Part shown: positions 56,828 to 64,000 of the stretch, one piece after another | Position numbering within the stretch: position 1 is the stretch's first letter | How the letters are laid out: each line of letters begins with the position of its first letter | Origin: a virus | Direction: 5' to 3' (one strand) | Virus record (IMG/VR): IMGVR_UViG_3300023179_000021 | Coordinates: 32,001-96,000 of that record | DNA: 64,000 nt | Made by a program: the position numbers and the translations under genes | The notes under the pieces: model-generated | Database searches by the model: none | What the model was told of the DNA's origin: nothing | The model's input: only the letters and a program-made list of their open reading frames with translations

Positions 56828-57190
56828 ATGAAATCTGTGTTTAAAGATGTACAAATTTTTATGGAAGCCGCAGATCAATCAACAACAGATTATAATCTAG
56901 ACCAATCTTCTCTTTATATGAAATTAATTGGTGAAGAATTTAGTGAACTACTTACTGCTAAAAACCGTAATGATGACCCTGAAATTGCTGATGCTTGTTT
57001 CGACCTCATGTGGGTTGTAATTGGATATATGATTTCAAGAGGTTGGAATGTTGATAAAATTTGGGATGAAGGTGCTCTAAGTAATTTAAGAAAAATTGAT
57101 CCAGAAACACGAAAAGTTTTAAAACGTGAAGATGGTAAAGTTTTAAAACCCGAAGGATGGCAACCTCCCAATTTTAGTCAATTTGTTTAA
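56828..57190 (+). CDS. MazG-like NTP pyrophosphohydrolase
   Basis: LIGEEFSEL, EIADACFDL, SNL.K, REDGKVLKP. Confidence 0.85.
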   Translation: MKSVFKDVQIFMEAADQSTTDYNLDQSSLYMKLIGEEFSELLTAKNRNDDPEIADACFDLMWVVIGYMISRGWNVDKIWDEGALSNLRKIDPETRKVLKREDGKVLKPEGWQPPNFSQFV

Positions 57191-57201
57191 AAAGGAACTA
57201 T

Positions 57202-57426
57202 ATGAATATTCGTGAATTAGCTAAAAAAATAGCAATCGAACAAAAACTTCCAAGGTCTGAGAAATATGATTTAGTTTTGCGAGAATATGACAGAATGGTC
57301 GAACTGATTGGCTTAGTTCCTGACCCTAATTACAACATGCGTGATTTTGAAGGGCGTGAAATGTTGTTTCCTAAACGCTGGGTAACACTGGCTGTTTTTC
57401 CCGAAAGTACAAAGGTGAATGTATAA
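57202..57426 (+). CDS. hypothetical protein
   Basis: 74-aa ORF with AAGGA RBS. Confidence 0.55.
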   Translation: MNIRELAKKIAIEQKLPRSEKYDLVLREYDRMVELIGLVPDPNYNMRDFEGREMLFPKRWVTLAVFPESTKVNV

Positions 57427-57725
57427 TGGATGTCAAACTTGTAACACTTAAAACAAATCACACACTGATTGCTAAGGTTGAACTGCCTTTTGACCAATCG
57501 TATGTGTTGGTTAAAGAACCACTTCAAGTAGCCTTACAACCAACCAAAGAAGGTTCTGGTGTGATGTTTGTACCATTTGTTGAATATGCCGAAGAGTTTA
57601 AAACAGGCTTCAAGATTTCAATGAGTGATGTACTAATGATTTCAACACCTCTACAAGAACTACAGGACAATTACCGGCAAATCTTCAGTAATATACAAAT
57701 TGCCTCAGCCATGCCAAGGGTTTGA
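57426..57725 (+). CDS. conserved T4-like hypothetical protein (Sm-like)
   Basis: VKLVTLK....LIA, P, Y...FS.I; usual neighbour of gp43. Confidence 0.6.
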   Translation: MDVKLVTLKTNHTLIAKVELPFDQSYVLVKEPLQVALQPTKEGSGVMFVPFVEYAEEFKTGFKISMSDVLMISTPLQELQDNYRQIFSNIQIASAMPRV

Positions 57726-57737
57726 TATAATCCAAGG

Positions 57738-60269
57738 ATGAACTACTATACAAACATTTCAGTACAAGGCAACAATGTCCTGTATAGAGGTGTCTTAAAC
57801 GGTCGGCGAATTCAAAAGAAAATTGAATACTCGCCGATTTTGTTTTTGCCTTCTAATAAAAATACAGGATGGAAAACCTTATTTGGTGAGAATCTTGAAT
57901 TAAAGAAGTTTGATACGATTCGGGATGCTCGTGATTTTGTTAAACGCTATGAAGAGGTTCAAAACTTTAAGATATATGGCAATGACCGTTTTGAGTATGC
58001 CTTTATTGCTGATGAACACCGAGGACCTATAGATTGGGACATCACTCAACTTTCAATTGTTATCATTGATATTGAGGTTGGTTCAGAGAATGGTTTTCCT
58101 GATCCATATAAGGCCACAGAACCAATCACAGCCATTGCCGTGCGCCAACTAAATGGAGATATCACAGTATATGGTTGTGGTGAATATAAGAAACAAGGTG
58201 ATGAAAATTATATACAATGTAAAGATGAGTGGACACTTTGTAAAACTTTTTTAAAAGATTGGCAAGCAAATTACCCCGATGTGGTTTCTGGTTGGAATAT
58301 TGATTACTTTGATATTCCATACTTGGTAAACCGCTTCAATCGTATTCTTGGTGAAGATGAGACAAAGAAACTTTCACCATGGAATAACGTATGGGAAAGA
58401 AGTTTCGTACATAAAGGCCAACAAAAAAGAGTGTACAATATGACTGGTATTGCTGCACTTGATTACATTGAATTGTACCGATGGTATGCTCCTGCTGGTA
58501 AGTCACAAGAATCATACTCGTTGAATCATATTACCAGTGTTGAACTAAATGAATCAAAAATTTCTTATGATGAGTATGACAACCTCCATCAATTGTATAG
58601 ACTTAATTATCAAAAATTTATTGAATACAATATTAAAGATGTAGAACTTGTCATCAAACTTGAAGACAAACTAAAGCTAATTGAACTAGCACTAACTCTA
58701 GCCTACGACACAAAGACCAACTATGAAGACGTATTTGCTCAAACTCGTATGTGGGATTCGCTCATCTATTCGTATCTCTTGGAGAAAAATGTTGTTGTCC
58801 CGCCAAAAGAAATTCAAAAGAAAGATTCAGCATTTGAGGGTGCCTATGTAAAAGACCCTCAGATTGGTATGCACGATTGGGTGGCCTCATTTGATCTTGA
58901 TAGTCTGTACCCACACCTGATGATGATGTACAACATATCACCTGAAACGCTGGTGGAAACAAGCGACTATACCGATGAAATGAGACAATTGGTTATGGAT
59001 GGGATATCAGTGGAAAATCTCCTTGGCCAAAAAGTAAAAACTAACGCTATAAAAAATGTAACTGTTACTCCAAATGGCCAATTCTTTCGTACTGACTTCC
59101 AAGGTTTTCTGCCAAAGATGCTTGAAGAAATGTATGAAGATCGGAAGAAGTTTAAGAAGTTAATGTTGAAGTGTAAACAAGAATATGTTGACGAAAAAAA
59201 CCCAAAGAAAAAAGAAGAAATTGGTAAACTGGTTGCACGATACAATAATCTACAACTCGCAAAGAAGGTGGCATTAAATTCTGCCTATGGTGCCCTAGGC
59301 TCACAGTATTTCCGATTCTATGATCTTAGAATGGCACTTGGTGTAACATTGGCTGGTCAACTGTCTATTCGTTGGATTGAAAATAAAATCAATATATACA
59401 TGAATAAACTATTAAAGACTGCTGATGTAGATTATGTTATTGCTTCGGACACAGATTCGATTTATTTGCGCCTTGGTGACCTCGTTGATAAGGTGTATGC
59501 AGGCGAGAAAGAAGTTACTAAAGTTATCGCCTTCATGGATCGTGTCTGCGAAGATAAGATACAACCTTATATTAATGAGAGTTATCAGGAACTTGCTTCG
59601 TATGTTCATGCCTATGACCAAAAAATGAGAATGAAGCGTGAAGGTTTGTCCAATAAAGGGCTCTGGACGGCCAAAAAACGCTATATTCTCAATGTGTTCA
59701 ATAACGAAGGCGTCCAATATGATGAGCCTGATATGAAAATTATGGGTCTTGAGGTGGTTAAATCATCAACTCCGGCCATCATTCGGGAGAAAATGAAAGA
59801 AACCATTTCACTGATAATCAATGCCGATGAGGCCACGGTTCAAGAGTTTATTGCAAATTTGAAACAAGAATTCAAGAAACTACCTGTAGAAGACATTTCT
59901 TTTCCTCGTGGCGTCAATGGCATCCGTGAGTATTCGGATTCAGCCAGTCTATATAAAAAGGGAACACCAATTCATGTAAAGGGTGCCATTCTCTACAACC
60001 ATTTTCTCATCGAAAAGAAATTAACAAAGAAGTATCCACTGATACAAGAAGGTGAAAAACTTAAATTTACTTATCTGAAAACACCAAACCCATTTAAAGA
60101 TACAGTTGTTTCATTTCCTGCAAGGCTGCCAAAAGAATTTGGCTTACAAGAATATATTGATTATGAAACACAATTTGAAAAAACATTTATTGAGCCTATG
60201 GAAATTATTTTAGATTGTATTGGTTGGCAAGTAGAACGACAGAACAGCCTCGAAGCATTTTTTGTTTAA
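57738..60269 (+). CDS. gp43: family B DNA polymerase gp43
   Basis: DIEV exonuclease motif, SFDLDSLYPH, K...NSAYG, SDTDS, KKRY. Confidence 0.97.
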   Translation: MNYYTNISVQGNNVLYRGVLNGRRIQKKIEYSPILFLPSNKNTGWKTLFGENLELKKFDTIRDARDFVKRYEEVQNFKIYGNDRFEYAFIADEHRGPIDWDITQLSIVIIDIEVGSENGFPDPYKATEPITAIAVRQLNGDITVYGCGEYKKQGDENYIQCKDEWTLCKTFLKDWQANYPDVVSGWNIDYFDIPYLVNRFNRILGEDETKKLSPWNNVWERSFVHKGQQKRVYNMTGIAALDYIELYRWYAPAGKSQESYSLNHITSVELNESKISYDEYDNLHQLYRLNYQKFIEYNIKDVELVIKLEDKLKLIELALTLAYDTKTNYEDVFAQTRMWDSLIYSYLLEKNVVVPPKEIQKKDSAFEGAYVKDPQIGMHDWVASFDLDSLYPHLMMMYNISPETLVETSDYTDEMRQLVMDGISVENLLGQKVKTNAIKNVTVTPNGQFFRTDFQGFLPKMLEEMYEDRKKFKKLMLKCKQEYVDEKNPKKKEEIGKLVARYNNLQLAKKVALNSAYGALGSQYFRFYDLRMALGVTLAGQLSIRWIENKINIYMNKLLKTADVDYVIASDTDSIYLRLGDLVDKVYAGEKEVTKVIAFMDRVCEDKIQPYINESYQELASYVHAYDQKMRMKREGLSNKGLWTAKKRYILNVFNNEGVQYDEPDMKIMGLEVVKSSTPAIIREKMKETISLIINADEATVQEFIANLKQEFKKLPVEDISFPRGVNGIREYSDSASLYKKGTPIHVKGAILYNHFLIEKKLTKKYPLIQEGEKLKFTYLKTPNPFKDTVVSFPARLPKEFGLQEYIDYETQFEKTFIEPMEIILDCIGWQVERQNSLEAFFV

Positions 60270-60280
60270 CGGAGAAACGA

Positions 60281-61336
60281 ATGGGCATACTTGAAAAACT
60301 GAAAAAGAATTCAACCATTAAAGAAACGGCCATTCTTTCTAAGTCAAAGTTTTTTAATGAGAAAGATGTAATTAGTACATTTGTGCCAATGATTAATGTT
60401 GCCTTTTCTGGTCGCCTCGATGGCGGTTTTACACCTGGCTTGACAATGTGGGCAGGTCCATCAAAACACTTTAAAACAGCATTTAGTTTATTGATGGCTA
60501 AAGCCTACATGGACAAATACCCTGAGGCTGCCCTTTTGTTTTATGATTCAGAATTCGGCACACCAATTAAATATTTTGAAACATTTAATATTGATATGGA
60601 CCGTGTCATTCACACACCATTGACTGACATTGAACAATTAAAATTTGATATTATGCAACAACTTCAGGAAATTTCTCGTGGGGATAAGCTAGTGATTGTT
60701 CTAGATTCTATAGGGAACTTAGCATCCAAAAAAGAAGTTGAAGATGCGCTTGAAGGTAAATCGGTCGCTGACATGAGCCGTGCAAAACAGGTGAAAAGTT
60801 TGTTTCGTATGGTGACACCACACCTTACAATGAAAGATATTCCAATGGTCGTTGTCAATCATACTTACAAAGAAATCGGCATGTTTCCAAAAGATATTGT
60901 AGGTGGCGGCACTGGTTCGTATTATTCAGCCGACAATATTTATATTCTTGGCCGTCAACAAGAAAAAGATGGCACTGAAATTGTTGGTTACAACTTTATT
61001 ATCAATGTGGAGAAATCAAGATATGTCAAAGAAAAATCTAAAATACCTGTTAATGTATCTTTTGATGGTGGGATTAACAAGTGGTCTGGTTTACTTGACA
61101 TTGCACTTGAATCCGGGCATGTGGTCAAACCATCAAATGGTTGGTATGCAAAAGTAAATCAAGAAACTGCCGAAATTGGTGGAAAAGTTCGTTATAATGA
61201 TACACAAACTGCCGATTTTTGGTCTGATATTTTGACCAGTTATTCTTTCCAAGAGTTTGTAAGGAAGAAATATGAAATCACTTATGGCAATATTATGGGA
61301 CAAACTGGGGTGGTGGAAGAAGCCGAGGATGCTTGA
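60281..61336 (+). CDS. uvsX: RecA-like recombinase UvsX
   Basis: AGPSKHFKT, YDSEFG, DSIGNLASKKE, GGTG. Confidence 0.95.
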   Translation: MGILEKLKKNSTIKETAILSKSKFFNEKDVISTFVPMINVAFSGRLDGGFTPGLTMWAGPSKHFKTAFSLLMAKAYMDKYPEAALLFYDSEFGTPIKYFETFNIDMDRVIHTPLTDIEQLKFDIMQQLQEISRGDKLVIVLDSIGNLASKKEVEDALEGKSVADMSRAKQVKSLFRMVTPHLTMKDIPMVVVNHTYKEIGMFPKDIVGGGTGSYYSADNIYILGRQQEKDGTEIVGYNFIINVEKSRYVKEKSKIPVNVSFDGGINKWSGLLDIALESGHVVKPSNGWYAKVNQETAEIGGKVRYNDTQTADFWSDILTSYSFQEFVRKKYEITYGNIMGQTGVVEEAEDA

Positions 61337-61640
61337 AGAAAACAAAGACTTTCACTATATAAACTTCAATAACACTGACGTAACAGGTATTGAATTGTTA
61401 ATGTCGGAGTTTCGCGGTGTTATTTATCATTATGATAAAGCCAGTGTTACTGAAGAAGGTGAAATTGCTCGTTTGAAATTCGGTTATACTGTGGTTCATC
61501 CAGGTGAACATGACATAGATGACTTGAATTCTAACGAAAAATTTCATACAATAATGGGTGACCTGTTGACCCAAATTTTAATGGCTAAAATAGAAGATGA
61601 GACTAGAGACCAGTATTCTAAAAAATTTAATATTCAATGA
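61329..61640 (+). CDS. gp40-like protein
   Basis: Between uvsX and gp41 as in T4; F.GVIY.Y..., L.F.Y. Confidence 0.55.
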   Translation: MLEENKDFHYINFNNTDVTGIELLMSEFRGVIYHYDKASVTEEGEIARLKFGYTVVHPGEHDIDDLNSNEKFHTIMGDLLTQILMAKIEDETRDQYSKKFNIQ

Positions 61641-62991
61641 GGAATTTACTCGTAAAGTATTGCCATTTATTCAATCAGAATATTTCGCCGACAACAAAGA
61701 TAAAACACTTTTTAACTTTGTTTCACAATTTGTCAATAAATATAAAACATTGCCAACTTATGAATCTCTTGTTATTGAATTAAATAACTCAAAAAAACTT
61801 ACCGATCAAGAATTAAAAAATACTTTAAATTTACTTGATGAAATAAATCAAAACAAAAGCGAGCCTACAGAGTTACAGTGGTTAATTGAACAAACCGAAA
61901 AGTTTTGCCAAGACAAGGCGATTTATAATGCCATTATGGAATCGGTAACAATACTTGATTCTAAAAACACAAACAAGGACAAGGGTGAAATCCCTAAGTT
62001 ATTATCAAATGCGCTTGGTGTTTCTTTTGATTCTCATATTGGCCACGATTATATTAATGACTACGATTCCCGTTTCGAATTTTACCACCGACAAGAAACT
62101 AGAATATCATTTGATTTAGACCTTTTTAATACAATCACCAAAGGTGGTCTACCAAATAAAACACTCAATATTTGTCTTGCTGGGACCGGCGTTGGCAAAT
62201 CAATGTTTATGTGTCATGTGGCTGCATCTTGTTTATCTCAGGGCTTGAATGTTCTTTATATTACACTTGAGATGGCCGAAGAAAGAATCGCCGAGCGTAT
62301 TGATGCCAATCTTTTAAATGTATCAATGAACGATCTACATTCTATGACAAAATTGGAGTATGATCGTAAGTTTCAATCATTGCGAAATAAAACACAAGGC
62401 AAACTTATCATCAAAGAATATCCAACGGCGGCAGCCAATGCACTACACTTTCGTTCGTTGCTAAATGAATTGCACCTTAAAAAGAATTTCGTGCCGCAAA
62501 TTATCTTTATTGATTATCTGAATATCTGTTCTTCGGCTCGCATTAAACCTGGTGCCAATGTTAATTCTTATTCTTATATCAAGGCGATTGCAGAAGAACT
62601 CCGTGGTCTTGCTGTTGAATTTAATTTACCTATTGTTTCAGCGACACAAACAACAAGGTCGGGCTATACAAACACTGACATTGGTCTTGAAGATACTTCC
62701 GAATCTTTTGGTCTGCCTGCAACCGCTGATTTTATGTTTGCTCTAATTTCAACAGAAGAATTAGAACAATTAAATCAAATCATGGTCAAACAATTAAAGA
62801 ATCGATATGCTGATCCAAATTTTAATAAAAGGTTTGTAATCGGCGTTGATCGTTCGAAGATGAAGTTGTATGATGTTGAACAATTGGCACAAACTGGTAT
62901 TGTAGATTCTGGCCAAGATGATCCGCCGCTAAATACTTTTGGAAACCGTGAAAGTAAATTCAATCGTAAGTTTGAAGGCTTTAAAGTATGA
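61597..62991 (+). CDS. gp41: replicative helicase gp41 (DnaB-like)
   Basis: AGTGVGKS, ITLEMAEE, IDYLNI, SATQTTR, SESFGLPATAD. Confidence 0.96.
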   Translation: MRLETSILKNLIFNEEFTRKVLPFIQSEYFADNKDKTLFNFVSQFVNKYKTLPTYESLVIELNNSKKLTDQELKNTLNLLDEINQNKSEPTELQWLIEQTEKFCQDKAIYNAIMESVTILDSKNTNKDKGEIPKLLSNALGVSFDSHIGHDYINDYDSRFEFYHRQETRISFDLDLFNTITKGGLPNKTLNICLAGTGVGKSMFMCHVAASCLSQGLNVLYITLEMAEERIAERIDANLLNVSMNDLHSMTKLEYDRKFQSLRNKTQGKLIIKEYPTAAANALHFRSLLNELHLKKNFVPQIIFIDYLNICSSARIKPGANVNSYSYIKAIAEELRGLAVEFNLPIVSATQTTRSGYTNTDIGLEDTSESFGLPATADFMFALISTEELEQLNQIMVKQLKNRYADPNFNKRFVIGVDRSKMKLYDVEQLAQTGIVDSGQDDPPLNTFGNRESKFNRKFEGFKV

Positions 62992-64000
62992 AACTGAATA
63001 AAGAACAGGCGCTTCATTGCGCTGAAGCCTTTTCTAATTATTTTGACCGATTTGGCCGTATTGATGATTACATTCGTGACCAGAAACTAAATTCATTATC
63101 TTCAAGGCCGACTACTCTACCTGGGATGGGACCCGAAGAAGATTTATTTTCTGATTTTACCATGCACCCAAACGACATGAATTTGGAGTTGGTCGAATTG
63201 CCTCAGGACAGTTGGGACATTTATTTAAATATGATTTCTTCTCATTCAAATATGACCAGTATTCCAGGCCGGTGTTTTCGTTTGGCTGTTCTCGAAAAGA
63301 ACACAAATAAATGGGTTGGTTTTATTCGCCTTGGTTCACCAGTTATCAACATGAAACCACGAAATGAACTTCTTGGTGGAGTATTTACACAAACAAAAGA
63401 ATCAGCCAGAGCCTTCAATCAAACAACTATCATGGGTTTCGTAATTGTGCCATCGCAGCCATTTGGTTATAATTATCTTGGTGGTAAATTATTGGCGGCC
63501 ATTTGTTGCTCTCATTGGGTTCGTGAGCAGTTGAACAAGAAGTATGATATGAATACTTGTATGTTTGAAACAACCAGTCTCTATGGTACATCGAAATCTT
63601 CATCGCAATATGACGGTATGAAGCCCTTTTTGAGGTTTAGTGGTCTTACCGACTCCGATTTTCTGCCAATGATGCACGGTAAACCTTATGAAGAACTCAA
63701 AGACTATGTTGAAAATGCTGTTGGTGTTATTGTGCCACCTGAAGCCTCTAGTCGTAAACTTAAAATTTCAAATAAAATTATCAGTATGACCAAAGTGGCT
63801 CTAAAAGGTGAACCAGAATACGGCAAATTTATAACAACGATTCAAAACGCATTGTCTTTGACTGAAAAGAAACGATATTATTATTCAAACTACGGCTTCT
63901 CCAACTTTACAGATGTGGTGATGGGCCGCGCAGATAAGTTGGTGCCAGACAAGGAGAATTATGATAAGTTTCGCCTCGACAACATTATTAACTGGTGGAA
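62988..64000 (+). CDS. second DUF4338/DruA-like protein, 3'-truncated (not in the ORF track)
   Basis: Translated by hand: MKLNKEQ...PGR..RLAV.EK...VGFIRLGSP...IVPSQPFGYNYLGGKLLAAICCS...ETTSLYG...SQYDGM. Confidence 0.75.
   Translation, partial: MKLNKEQALHCAEAFSNYFDRFGRIDDYIRDQKLNSLSSRPTTLPGMGPEEDLFSDFTMHPNDMNLELVELPQDSWDIYLNMISSHSNMTSIPGRCFRLAVLEKNTNKWVGFIRLGSPVINMKPRNELLGGVFTQTKESARAFNQTTIMGFVIVPSQPFGYNYLGGKLLAAICCSHWVREQLNKKYDMNTCMFETTSLYGTSKSSSQYDGMKPFLRFSGLTDSDFLPMMHGKPYEELKDYVENAVGVIVPPEASSRKLKISNKIISMTKVALKGEPEYGKFITTIQNALSLTEKKRYYYSNYGFSNFTDVVMGRADKLVPDKENYDKFRLDNIINWW

Noticed and set aside
25708-62991. Introns or inteins in gp17, gp20, gp23, gp43, gp41
   Set aside because: All are continuous ORFs of ordinary length with no visible intein motifs.
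1-64000. Stop-codon reassignment
   Set aside because: Core genes are full length in the standard code, and TAA, TGA and TAG all terminate genes.

Overview
This 64 kb window is part of a large, AT-rich T4-like (myovirus) phage genome. Almost every gene is on the + strand and uses the standard genetic code. (1) 1-22 kb is an accessory/structural island. It holds two RCC1-repeat double beta-propeller genes with hypervariable loops, five 2OG-Fe(II) oxygenases, about eight glycosyltransferase genes, a sulfotransferase, an APS-kinase/nucleotidyltransferase fusion, methyltransferases, and two (Gly-X-Ser)n fibre proteins with S74 chaperone domains. (2) 22-37 kb is the T4 neck/tail/head core (gp13-gp23, gp3), with a Dps gene between the terminase subunits. 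(3) 37-64 kb holds recombination, replication and transcription genes (uvsY, uvsW, gp55, gp47/46, gp45/44/62, regA, gp43, uvsX, gp41) plus def, hsp20, dCMP deaminase, a MazG-like gene and a CobT/CobS-like VWA-AAA pair. The most striking unannotated signal is a 66-nt degenerate tRNA-Gly(UCC) with its own promoter (45546-45611). It has features of a non-proteinogenic glycyl donor and lies next to one of two DUF4338/Mom-like GNAT-type genes, suggesting a tRNA-dependent DNA hypermodification system. Other non-coding signals are an H-type pseudoknot leader, a ROSE-like thermometer on hsp20, terminator hairpins overlapping sigma70 promoters, an IHF site and a repeated palindromic operator. All family assignments come from motif recognition by eye; no database searches were run.
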